Source: Octopus sinensis
Taxonomy: Eukaryota
Assembly: GCF_006345805.1 (NCBI RefSeq)
Contig: NC_043002.1
Location: forward strand, 48,112,001-48,176,000
Direction: 5' to 3'
Length of the DNA stretch: 64,000 bases
How positions within the stretch are numbered: the first letter of the stretch is position 1; each line of letters starts with the position of its first letter. The notes beneath the pieces are model-generated. The model ran no database searches and was not told the origin of the DNA. It worked only from the letters and a program-made list of their open reading frames with translations. The position numbers and the translations under genes are program-made. Below, piece by piece: positions 37,543-50,249 of this stretch.

Positions 37543-38005
37543 ATATCTATAAAGCTGAAATGCGAAAAAGTTGTTTGATTTCTTGGTTATTTGTCTCATT
37601 TTGGGATGGGAACGGTTTAAGGGGTGGTAGATGGTGTCGGATTGGTGCCAAAATTTACACTGGGAGTTAAAATGGGGTGGGCAATGGTTTGAGGGGGTTG
37701 CAAGTCGCTCGGGGCTACTGTTTGGTTGCCATTGTGAGGAATACGGAAAAAATTGAGTTTTATGGGATAGACAGGTTGCGCTGTTTGAATAATAGTGGCT
37801 TTTCGTGTTGCTGCAGGGGCTAGAGGCAGTTATCTTTAATTGTGGGTGTAAAAATTTGGGGGATTTGGAAAGGGGAGTAAAGAAGAGAGCAATAAAAAGA
37901 ACCAGGCAAAGAAGACAAACAAAAGAAGAAATGGAAAAGGAGACAACACGCACAAAACAACACCACCACCAAATCCCGAGCAAAGCACGGGTCAAAATAG
38001 CTAGT
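37543..38005 (-). mobile_element. Non-autonomous Helitron-like element
   Basis: The minus strand starts ACTAGCTATTTTGACCCGTGCTTTGCTCGGG and ends ..gcatttcagctttatagatat, paralleling both ends of 17211-17570. Confidence 0.65.
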
Positions 38006-38693
38006 CTTTATTATATAATCTATTTGTTACAGACCTAACATTTTAGAATTCTTCAGTATAAAACAAAAGACCAACAATACTTATGAATATATTTTAAATG
38101 AGTTGTAGCATGTGAGTATGTGCGAGTGTGGGTGTGAGTCTGTGGTGAAAGAATTGCAACTATACTCAGCAGTATGATACCACAAATTTTATAACATGAT
38201 ATAATAGAGTAACTCTAGCCAATTACATCTAAGTGACATATGAGATCAAGCAAGACTGAAGTGTGTCCATAGCTCTTACCTTGTCTGCTAATAGATTAAA
38301 TTTTTCTTTTAATATTTAAAATAATTTTGTAAGATAGATTTTTTTGATTTCTTGAAGTAATTTTCCTTTTTTCCTTTTAGAATCACTAATAATATAAAAA
38401 ATCTAAGTTATTCTCCATGCTGAAGAATGATAAAAGAGAAGAAATGTTTGCCCTCACTACATATTTATTTGTAGTTTTGTAGTTAACTTTTCAATGCTCT
38501 TTCATTATTTATAATGAGTAGTTTGAAATTTACTTTGCCCTTCTTCGCATGTAATTATTTATTGTATGTTTTCATCAGTCTATTCTCCAGTCATGTTTTT
38601 GTGCCCTAGTGATTCTCAACACCTTACATATGCAAAAGTTGTAAAACATACAAGTCAAATCAAATAGGGATATTCTGAAATCATTTAATATGT

Positions 38694-38851
38694 ACAGGAG
38701 TGGCTGTGTGGTAAGTAGTTTGCTTACCAACCACATGGTTCCGGGTTCAGTCCCACTGTGTGGCACCTTGGGCAAGTGCCTTCTACTATAGCTTCGGGCT
38801 GACCAAAGCTTTGTGAGTGGATTTGGTAGACGGAAACTGAAAGAAGCCTGT

Positions 38852-38888
<37 letters not shown>

Positions 38889-39019
38889 CAAATCCACTCA
38901 CAAGGCTTTGGTCGGCCAGAGACTATGATAGAAGACACTTGCACAAGGTGCCACACAGTGGGACTGAACTTGGAACCATGTGGTTGGTAAGCAAGCTACT
39001 TACCACACATCCACTCCTG
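38694..39019. mobile_element. Two family A SINE 5' halves in inverted orientation around (TA)n
   Basis: 38694-38828 (+) and 38886-39019 (-) are reverse complements. Confidence 0.9.
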
Positions 39020-39039
39020 CACCTATTATCTTTAATATT

Positions 39040-39748
39040 TGTAAATATAATTATAATTTAAAGGATTATAATATAAATAATTTTTATAATAATAAACCTA
39101 ATTATCTGAATGATGATACGTTTTATTTAGGTAACTACGGTCTTAATAATAATAGGTATTTTGATAATATAAATCATACATTTAATAATGGAATAAAAAA
39201 TAAAAATACGATAAAAATTAATTCAATTAATGTTGATAATAAATTTGATGATAATATAAAAAATAAGAATAAAATATGATTAATCGTTCCTTTTGGGGCT
39301 CAGGTAAAAACAAATGTTATTTAAGAGATTTTAAATATAATTGAAATGTTCATTAGGGATAATAAAAAATATTATAACATTTTTCTAATAATAATTTTGA
39401 AGTTGGGTATTCAACTACTAATAATGTTGGTAATATTATTTCTTCATTTAACAAATTTAAATTAAATAAATTCTACAAAAATAAATTAAATAATGATTCG
39501 AATAATAATAATAAAGACCATGATATAATTTATTGTACATGTAGAGATAAGACTACATATAAATTTAATAATAATTGTAATTTTTGTAAAGGACCAATCA
39601 AACAAGTTCATTTTTAAAGGTGTAGCGTTTATACTAGTCTGGATAGATTTGACATATCGGTTCTATTCTAGCAAAAACTGTCCGATGAACGGCAATGCGA
39701 AACTCAGAGTAACAGGTTTTGTTGAATTTTCTGCTGCTTTAAATAAAG
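39040..39748 (+). mobile_element. Decayed, internally deleted PLE ending in an HHR-bearing tail
   Basis: KI*LIVPFGAQVKTNV..NNFEVGYSTTNNVGNIISSFNKFKL..YCTCRDKTT (thumb/linker plus Cys knuckle), then HHR-like 39678-39715 and (TA)n. Confidence 0.65.
39678..39715 (+). ncRNA. Degenerate minimal hammerhead motif
   Basis: ctgt-CCGATGA-acggcaatgc-GAAA-ctcagag-TA-acag; one core mutation (U4 to C). Confidence 0.55.
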
Positions 39749-39780
<32 letters not shown>

Positions 39781-39925
39781 ATAATATATATATATATATT
39801 ATATATATATATATAATGCATATATATATATGTATATATATATATGTATGTATATATATACATATATATATAATGTATATATATATACATATATATATAT
39901 ATTTATGTATGTATATGTATATATG

Positions 39926-39975
<50 letters not shown>

Positions 39976-40334
39976 CATACATGTATGTACACGTGCATAT
40001 GTGTCTGTTTATATTTTCTTGTTTTAACATTATGTGCTAAAAGGAAACATATGTTGATATCATATAAGCGATGTTATTCATTAGCAATCTTCTAGGAATA
40101 CATGTGCAGCCATTGTGCTGTTTACATTCAAAAGATAAGAAAGCGTAAATATAACTGATTGTTTGTAAAATGTGAAGCTTGGCAACAAGAAGAATATCTA
40201 CTTCGACAAATTTCATGTGACTCATTCATGGAGAGAATGTTAAAATGATGATGATAATGAGTATGGTATATATAAATTCATACATGATGACATAACACAT
40301 ATAGGCATATGCATACTCATATCATCATGCCTAC

Positions 40335-40365
<31 letters not shown>

Positions 40366-40366
<1 letters not shown>

Positions 40367-40510
40367 CATCATCATCGTTTAACACCCGCTTTCCATGCTA
40401 GCATGGGTTGGACGATTTTGACTGAGGGCTGGTGAATCAGATGGCTGCACCAGGCTCCAATCTTGAACTGGCAGTGTTTCTATAACTGGGTGCCCTTCCT
40501 AACGCCACAT
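40366..40510 (-). mobile_element. RTE-type tail repeat
   Basis: catcatcatcgtttaacacccgctttccatgctagcatgggttggacg. Confidence 0.8.
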
Positions 40511-41554
40511 ATATAAATCTATATATGTGAATGAAGTGTGCCTGTCTGTGTTTGTGTGTCTCTGTGTGATAGTTTTCCTTATGTGAAGTCCTCTCAATTC
40601 TTGTAATTACACGTAGTAGATTCTTATATGTATTCACCATAAGTCTAGACTTCTTACTTTTTGAATTTGAAAAACGACTTTATCTAAATATTTGATGATA
40701 TAAACTACAAAATAAAATTTACTTTAAATAAATGTTATTATATAAGTATCATTTGTTTACTACTGCTGCAGAAGCTGCTGCTAAAATTGCTGCAGCTGAT
40801 GATGAATTCAAGTAGCTTCGATTATAAATAATTGGTTGTGGCTTTAGAACTAATTAATAATTATTTCACCAGCTTACCAACCAATTTTCTTAACACAAAG
40901 TAGAATTCTCAAAGTTTGCTTGCTGCTGTTCTATTTTAAGCCAATGTCCATTTTATTAGCTGTTTTAGATTCCTTTATTCTTTTACTGTTTTGAGTCACT
41001 GAATCGAAGCCAGGCTAGAGCAAGGTCTTCAGAATTTTTAGGTGACCATATCAACCATAGTTCATATTTCTTTCTGACATTTATTTTTATGAATTTTCAT
41101 TTGTTGATTTCAACAGACTTCTAAACACTTTTGATTGGCTAAATTTCTAATACACATGTAATTACAAGTTATTGTAGATAACACTCACCCAAAAAGTCAT
41201 GCAATGGGATTGATCTTGGAATCATAAGTTAGCAAAATAATATGCAACTTCTTAATTACACATCCATACTTGTACCTGAATGCCTATTTTTTTTTATTGT
41301 CTAAATTTTGTTCAGCATCATCATTATTACTGTTCTTGTTGTTGGCATTGCAGCTAAACATTCCATCAGCAACAATCTAATTATTTCTGTCTTTATCAGT
41401 TTATTTTTTCACAAAACAAGAGTTTCCAGACAGTTCTATAACTAATAATTTCTATGTATGTATTTGTCTTGAATTCATACTGTAATTTAATGTAATATAT
41501 ATCTCCATTGATATGTATGTATGTATGTATGTATGTCTGTATGTCTGTATGTAT

Positions 41555-41601
<47 letters not shown>

Positions 41602-42420
41602 GTATATTTTTTATAGATAGAATTATCTCTCTATATAGATCACATCAAAGCACTCAGTGTGACTGCGAGCTATAGAAAAATAGAGAAGTACTAAAGGGAG
41701 ACAAAGGATAAGTTATCTAAATATATTCAGTTTTAAAATCATATGCACCAGATTATGTGCTAAAAAAATATAAATATATATGAATATACTCAAGATATAT
41801 TGAAAATACATTAATAATATATAGGTATTAAGGATATATTAAAACATATGTACGAAATATATCGTTACATTTTTAAAAACATTATTAAAATACGAAATTA
41901 AAACATATCACATTGTAAATCCAAAAGTTTTGTAACTTGCTTAAAATCTAGCTATATAAAAATAAATCCATTTAGAAGTATAACATCCAGGGGTTCACAT
42001 CTGACGGCCATTTCTGTCATAATGGTGCAAAAATGAACTTAGCTACACTCAATACCACTGCCTCTGTCATCAAGGATGATTCAATTTTTATGATTACATT
42101 TATTATGAGTTATGGTGGGATCCATTTATGACAACTTTTATAAAGATAGTAAACCACTATTAAGAAGAAGCTATTAATAATATTAGAGATGGCAGGTTGA
42201 AGATGGTCTAAACCAAATTTTGTAATTTATATTTATTGGAATTATTATCTTACTGTGTAGAGTTAACTAGATGCTTAAGGGTCGAACAGAACCTATGTCT
42301 ACAAGGAATGATGGCATCTGAAAATCTATTCAATATTAAGGAGAATAGTTAGGGATTCCCTAAAACAAAGATTACATTTTTGCATGTGTGAATTATATGG
42401 CTTTTAACATATCTTTAATA

Positions 42421-42770
42421 TATTAGGCCATCAAGTATGAAATTTGTAGAAAAGAAAAGTTTGCGAATAATTCATAGACACAAGGAATAGTTTTATTTAT
42501 CAGTGGCTTTCAGTTCGTCATTATCCACCTTTGTTTCTGGTCGACCATGTTGCTCATTTGTGAGGTCAAAGTTACCAGAACAAAATTTTACAAACCAATA
42601 TGATACTGTCTGCTGTGTAATGACATTAGAATGAAATGCTCCAATAATATTCTGAGCTGCCTGTGATGCTGTATTTTCAAGAAAGAATTCATATTTCAAA
42701 ACTGTATGAATTTCTAACTTATCCATCTCTAAACATAAATAGTAAAAAATGATTTATAAATACTTTATAA
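42421..42770 (-). mobile_element. Internally deleted mariner (N-terminal HTH remnant)
   Basis: ORF 42493..42726 MDKLEIHTVLKYEF..QTVSYWFVKFCSGNFDLTNEQHGRPETKVDNDELKA; TIR-like tattaggccatcaagtatgaaatt at 42421. Confidence 0.8.
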
Positions 42771-42799
42771 TGTGAAAAATGAGTTAGAAAAAAGTAATA

Positions 42800-44165
42800 G
42801 ATGCTCCAATGGTGCTTTTTGTCTGCCACTGGCATGGGACCAGTCAGCCAGCACTGGCATTGACTATACTTGAGTGGTGCTGTTTACATGCCACTGGCAT
42901 GGGAACCAGTCAGGTGGCATTGCCAACAATCACACTTGAATGGTGCTTTTAATGTGCCCCTGGCATGGGTGTCAATCAGGCAGTAGTATCATCGGCCACA
43001 ACAATGACTTCACTTGACTCAACTGGTCTTCACAACTACAGTTTATTGCCCAATGATTGAAGGGTACTCTTAAATGGGCTGGTTATGCTGCACTGGAATT
43101 GGTCCCAGCTATGGTCTCACTTGGCTTGCTGGGTCTTCTCAAGCACAGCTTATCTCCAAAGGCCTCAGTCATTTTCATTGCCTCGATGAGGCCCAATGTT
43201 CACCTCTTCCACAGGTCTTCTCTACTGCTAGGGTGTGACACTTTTTCACACAGCTGTTCTCATCCATTTGCAACACATGGCCATACCAGCACAGTCATCT
43301 CTCTTGCACACCACATCTGATGTTTCTTAAGTCCAATTTTTCTGTCAGGGTGCTTACACTCTGTCATGTATGCACACTAACATTACACATCCAGCAGAGC
43401 ATACTAGCTTCATTCCTTGCAAACTTGCACATGTTCTCAGCAGTTGGGACCCATGTTTCACTGCCATGTAGCATGCTGTTCATGCACATGCATCATACAG
43501 TCTACCTTTTACTCTGAGCAAGAAGCCCTTTGTCACCACCAGAGGTAGGAGCTCTCTGAACTTTGCCCAGGCTATTCTTATTCTAGCAGTTACACTTTCA
43601 GAGTATCCACCCCAGCTACTGACTTGGTCACCTAGGTAACAGAAGCTATCAACTACTTCTAGTTTTTTTCCCTGAAATGTGACAGAAGCAATTTCTGCTC
43701 ATTTTCAGTGTCTATTGCTCCTAAGCATTTGCTACACACAAAAATTGTCTTCTCAGCCTTCCTTTAATATTGCTGCACCACTTATGTGCTTTAAGTGCTT
43801 TTAAAACAAATATCCACATGCTGTAAACCTTGATAGTATTTTGTTTTCTGTCGATAAAGAAGATAAATGAAAAGAAAGAAAAAGCAAAAGACAGTGGGAG
43901 CATCTTATGGAGTTTCTACCTACACCTTTTCTACAGATCAAGCAGGGCCATCTACTCGAAGGGATTAGTGGTTTGTCTGCCTTCCTACTTATTAAGACTT
44001 TGGTTTTTGCTAGGTTGACTCTAAAGCCCTTTGATTCTAGACCTTGCATCCACACTTGAAACTTCTCTAGTTCTGATAGTGACTCAGCTATTAGAGCAAG
44101 GTCACCAGCATAGAGAAGCTCTCAGCAGCATCCTGTCTTGCATTCCTCTGTTATTACCTGGAGAA
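42800..44165 (-). mobile_element. RTE LINE remnant (RT motif C to 3' UTR) interrupted by a 102-bp insertion
   Basis: ELLYAGDLALIAESLSEL..GLESKGFRVNLAKTKVL..WPCLICRKGVGRNSIRC / HKWCSNIKGRL; tandem 3' UTR units at 42800-43050. Confidence 0.9.
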
Positions 44166-46722
44166 CTATGATGAATTTAATGTAATTTAATTTAATCATG
44201 AATTTACATTATTATTATATTTCTGTATGAAACAATCGTCTCTAAGAATTAAACTTCTTATATATTTTAACCTGTCTCCTCCATTTTTAACTAAATTGAT
44301 GAGTTTTATGGGACTTTATTCCATAAATTCATCATACATTATACACAAGTACTACTTTCATATCTTTGTAAATTTACACCTGAAAACTCCCAGCAAAGTA
44401 TGAAGAATCAAAATTAGAAATCTTTTTTGAAAACCTCCAAATTAAAGGATGAATCTACATTCAACCTTTATATACCTATATTACTATATACATACACACA
44501 CACACACATATATATACATACACACACACATATTATATGCAAAGGTTGGCTATAGGAATGGAGGTAGTTACTGTTTCATGCGTAGCTATGTAGTTACAAA
44601 GTTCACCTCAATCTTGTGATTTTATATTCTATCCCAGTGTGTATTACATTGGGAACGTTGTCTTCTAATCTTGCCTTGGGTTGTCCAATGCCTCATGAAT
44701 GAAAATTGGTAGATGGGAATGACAATGACTCTTTGTGTGTTTGTGTGTTTGTGTCTGCATGTGTGTATTTGTGTGTTTACATGGGCATGTTTCCATACAA
44801 TGGAAAAGGTACCAAGATACAATTGTTGAGAATTGACAATTCTTTATCAAAGATCGTATGTAAGCTTTGCACTTTCAATGATTAGTGAAATGAAAATCCT
44901 TCACTTGAAAAACAGGCAAAAGTTAGCAACAACAAGGATGCAATACTCAAATACATTACTGAAGCTCTGTTAAACAGTACTTCAATGATATGTATTTGAG
45001 CAATGTATGATTGCATTAAAAACGACCATAATATAAATATACACAAACACATACACATCCACACACTTATATACATATATACATACACATATACATACAC
45101 ATACATACTATATATATATATATATAGTTGTGCTGTAGAATTGTTCAAATATCTACTTATGTTTTAGAAATATATTGTGGTAAAATGTTCGATTACAACT
45201 TACATAGTATGATACAACATATTGATCTGAAACTAATATTTAATGTTAGCTTTCACTGTGAACATTGTACATAGTAAGTGCTTTTAAAACAAATATCCAC
45301 ACACTGTAAACCTTGATAGTATTTTGTTTTCTGTCGATAAAGAAGATAAATGAAAAGAAAGAAAAAGCAAAAGACAAAAACGTTGTAAAGAAGCCAGATA
45401 AAAGTGTCAAAACTGCCAAAATGAATTCTAAAATAAAACATTTATATAACTTCCTCATTTCCATTCCTTCAAATGTTTCACTTACTCCATAATCTGCTAG
45501 TGACTTGTCTGAAAGGAAGAATAAACATCTACAGTAATTTTGATAACTGGAAATTCTTTTTAAAGTGTTCTCTTCAATATCTTTTGTCTTCAGCAGATCT
45601 TAACTTAAGTTATGGATGAAACCTATATATTATTACTAGTTGCCATTTACTATTTCTTCCATTAGATTTTCTTTGTTTTTTCCTTGCCTTTGGTATATAA
45701 TACTTAATAAATTGACCATGACTAAACGTTAAATTTTTTAACAAGATTTCCGATTATAATCTATGTATAATAGATATATGTTTTATGGACTTACTAGTTT
45801 TCTAAGTTGGTAATTTAAACTATTAATTGTATTTAATAAAAAAAATATAAATAAAATTGGGTGAGTGCTTAAGGAGAATGCAACACAAGTATTACATTAT
45901 TTCTCAGGGAAAGACATGTATCTCTAACTAACACTTGTTACCTGTCTACAAATTTGAAACCCCTTTTGTTTCCATTATTCTGTTGAAATTCACTGTCTTT
46001 GTTTCAGTTAATTTTTAAAATATTGAAAAATTTCATAAAATAATTTTGCCCTTGTTAACTTGGTATCTGGAACATAAATTAACAGGCAAACTTTGTATCA
46101 TAGAACCATGGGTGGTTTCAGGTTGGTTGAGGAACATTGAAGAAAAATAAAGAAAATTCACTGGAATAATTTGGCCTCAGGTACACTGTGTCTGAAAATA
46201 AAGACACTATGGGCATATCAGGAATACCTATAATCATCAGTCTGTTCGATATTGGCAGCTACATAATTAAACAGCAACAACACTGAGAACAAATGCAAAG
46301 AAAAGTTGCTGTGACTATAATAGCTCTACCATAAATTATATCAGTTCTGCCTACTTGTTTAATATCTTTGTTGCTAATCACGATAAAGTTGTAAAACATA
46401 AAACAGCATTTTTAAAATTATAAGAACTACACACGGTGCTTTGTGACAGCTCATACAAATTAATTAAAATAACTGAACAACCAAAGAATACACACACCTC
46501 TGCTACAATTATACCACTAAGCTCCCAACTTATCTAATTATCTATCTAGTCTTGAACTAATAACCTAAGCCCAAACAAAATGCAAAGGTATCAAGCTGCT
46601 ATAATGAATTACTATCAGTGTCCTTTTTCTCCATTTCTGCTGCAATAACTGCTCAAACTTTTTAGTCATATACAAACCTCTCAAATGTACTCTGAAGTGA
46701 TACATAATAATATATAGAAACA

Positions 46723-46762
<40 letters not shown>

Positions 46763-48267
46763 TATATATATATGTATGCATGTATATAGATAAATATATA
46801 CAGGCATGCATACATGCATGCATATATATATACATATGGCATTATGAAGGGCATTCACCCATTAAAACCATTCACTCCAATTAACCCAAATTGCATGATA
46901 GAAAGTAAGGTGTAATAGGTCAAATTAATGGAAGGTATGCATATGTGTGTGTGAGTATATATATGTAATTTATAGATTACAGACAGGTATTCTCTGTATA
47001 TAATTCACTTCATAGTGCACATACATCATTTTGAACTAACAAGCCCCCAGAAACAGCTGTTGGACTCAAAAAACTCTTAATCAAACCCTATATGTTGTGT
47101 AAGTTGGGCTTTTTTTATGTATACATATGTACATTTTTTCGTATTAAATGTATTTAAATTTTTTTCTATATTGACTCGCCTAACTTGCTTGTCCTTACAT
47201 TTACTCTCATATATATGTGAGTGTGTGTGTGTGTATGAATATATAACCTTTAATGGGTAAGAATATATCAAAAAGGCATGTAACAGATACAGAGAATTGG
47301 TGCTGAGACTTAAACTCCACCATCAAATGAAGATCCAGCTAAACAAGAATTAGCTATAGAGAATGTACCAGTCTAGTTAATGAAAGTATAATAAAATAAA
47401 AGATGGACAGGCAGTTGCTAATAGCATCAAAATATTTATAAAATAGTTAAGTAGAAGTGAGTATAAAATAATATCATTGAAACTTGTGTTATTTTATATA
47501 GTCCCCAAAACCCCAATCTACCTCATGCATATGTATACTCTATGCAAAATACTGCACTTAGAGATCACCAAACACCAGAAATAGCTGTAAATGATTAACT
47601 ATATTCTAATCTCCCTTATCTGGGAAATTAGAGTATGAACTCTCTGGATATCTACCTATCTATGAAGAACTACAATGAACTTATGCTTCCCTGCTTACTT
47701 ATATTCACTTCTGTGTAACTATTTTAGAAATGCTTTGCTGCCAGAAGCAACCAACTGCTCATCTCTCATTTAATTATTCTCTCTCTCTCACTTTCACTTT
47801 CTATCCATCTGTTCATCCATCTGATCATCATTATCATTTAGTGTCTATTTTCCATGCTTGCATGAATTGGACAGTTTGACAGGAGCTGGCAAGCCAGAGG
47901 ACTGCGCATCACTTTGCTACCTGCTTTGCCAGGGTTGATATGGCTGAATGCCCTTCATAATGTTATATGTATATATATGTATGTATGTATCTATTTATAT
48001 GCATGTAGAGATATACTGTTTCTATATATTATTATGTATCACTTCAAAGTACATTTGTTAATCATCTTCCATCAGTTTCCATCATGGAACTGATCTCCCT
48101 AAGCAGGGTTGCTTCAAACCAATCAACGAGGAACATTTCCACGTTATGTCAATGCTGGTGACATTGCAAATAACACATTAATTGCTTAAGTATGATGTTA
48201 CTTTATATTTTTCTTTTAACAGGCCATTCTAAACTATGAAGGTGGATGCAAAGGATATTCAGCCTAT

Positions 48268-48704
48268 ACTCTTTTACTCTTTTACTTGTTTCAGTCATTT
48301 GACTGTGGCCATGCTGGAGCACCACCTTTAGTCGAGCAAATCGACCCCAGGACTTATTCTTTGTAAGTCTAGTACTTATTATATCAATCTCTTTTTGCCA
48401 AACCGCTAAGTTACGAACCGCTAAGTTACGGGGACTTAAACACACCAGCATCGGTTGTCAAGCAATGATTGGGGGGGGGGACAAACACAGACACACAAAC
48501 ACATTCACACACATACATATATATATATATATACATATACGACGGGCTTCTTCCAGTTTCCGTCTACCAAATCTACTCACAAGGCTTTGGTCGGCCCGAA
48601 GCTATAGTAGAAGACACTTGCCTAAGGTGCCATGCAGTGGGACTGAACCCGGAGCCGTGTAGTTGGTAAGGAAGCTACTTACCACACAGCCACTCCTGTG
48701 CCTA
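48268..48704 (-). mobile_element. Full-length family A SINE with a 15-bp internal tandem duplication
   Basis: Matches 19444-19835; aaccgctaagttacg occurs twice at ~48401-48430. Confidence 0.9.
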
Positions 48705-49594
48705 TGATTGCTATTTAATTAGATTATTATCCAGCTTACTTCAACACAGAAATAAATAAGATATAATTGAAAATAAAAATACTACTTTATATTATTTCTC
48801 CTCATGTGTAATAAAAAATATTTTCTAGTTAGCTATACCACTGTTTTAAGTCTGTTTTTCATGCTGATATTTCTTAGAAAAATCTGCATTATCAGTTCAT
48901 TCTTGGTTCTTCAATTTTAAGACATTTATCGTTGTTCTATTCAAACATTACTAATGTTTTCTCTATAAGTGCTTTTCAATTGATATGCTGCATAGTTAAG
49001 TGTCACAAAGAGTGCTTAAAGGACCAATGCAATTATCAAATGTATAATAGACAGAACATTAAAAAAGAAAATTATATTATAAAATTTTAAAAGTAAAACA
49101 GATACAAATACTACAGAAAAAAATGCGGCATTATATTGTACTGACAATGAAGAAAGAATAACAGAAACTGTCTATTTAATTCAAATGTTTTCAACCAGCG
49201 CCACATATGGTCTGCAAGAGAATAAGTTTGAGGTAAGAAAGAAAATACCAGGAAATTTAGAAGTTTTTTTTTTAATCAGAACTGAAGCATATGTGTATTT
49301 ATTTGTCACAAAGAGCAATGCATGTCTCCATATCTGTTTTAGAGCAATTTTGATACACATTATTTTCTTTATATCTTTTATCTTTAACTTGTTTCAGTCA
49401 TTAGACTGCTGTCATGCTGGAGCACCACCTTGAAGGGTTTAGTTGGACAAATTGACCCCAGTATTTAATTTTTAAGTCTGGTACCTATTCTATCTGTCTC
49501 TTTTGTTTAATCACTGAGATGCAGGGAACTTAACAAATCAATACTGCAGGTCAACCATAAACACGCATGCACGCACACACACACATGCACACAC

Positions 49595-49935
49595 ACCATC
49601 ATCATTCACTGTTTGTAGTCCATGCTGGCATGGATTGGATGGTTTGACCAGAGCTGGCAAGCTGCACCAGACTCCAGTCTGATTTGACATGGTTTCTATT
49701 GCTGGATGCCCTCCCTAATGCCAACCACTTTACAGTGTGTGCTGGGTGCTTTTACTTGGCACTACATGAGTGCTCTTACATGGTACCACACAGGTGGTCT
49801 TACATGGTACCACACACGTGGTCTTACATGGTACCTCACAGGTGCTTTCACTTGTTGCTGTATGGGCGTTTTTACATGGTACCACATGGGAGCGTTTATG
49901 TGGCACTGCCATGAGTGCTTTACACCACCAGAAGG
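49595..49935 (-). mobile_element. RTE-type tail repeat with a 24-bp minisatellite
   Basis: Tail ccatgctggcatggattgg; units catggtaccacacaggtggtctta repeated and decaying over ~49770-49920. Confidence 0.75.
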
Positions 49936-50063
49936 ATCACCACTCCTACTGTGGAGTCTTCTTGAGAGTATGGGGCTTCATATATATATATACTGGAGTA
50001 AGCACATAAATGTGAAACAAGGTGGAAAAAAGAATACTCAAATACCAGAGGTAGAGTAATATG

Positions 50064-50225
50064 CTTTATTTAAAAGCAGCAGGAATATAACAAAAGCTGT
50101 AACTCAGAGTTTCCCGTTCCCCTTCATCAGACAGTTTTTTTTAAAAAAAGATAACTGTATGACAAACGGGAACGTGAAACTCTGAGTAACAGGTTTTGTT
50201 ATATTTCTGCTGCTTTTAAATAAAG
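50064..50225. mobile_element. Head-to-head inverted pair of ~73-nt HHR-like PLE tails
   Basis: 50064-50136 = rc of 50153-50225; same family as 39678-39748; (TA)n downstream. Confidence 0.8.
50097..50134 (-). ncRNA. Minimal hammerhead motif (intact core, broken stem II)
   Basis: CUGU-CUGAUGA-aggggaacgg-GAAA-CUCUGAG-UU^ACAG. Confidence 0.6.
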
Positions 50226-50249
50226 TATATATATATATATACATACATA

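Noticed and set aside
37537-37995. 152-aa ORF with a hydrophobic N-terminus
   Set aside because: Lies wholly inside a Helitron-like non-autonomous element; no domain recognised.
49684-50059. Periodic ORFs (WYHTGGLT repeats)
   Set aside because: Translation of the 24-bp minisatellite in an RTE 3' UTR.
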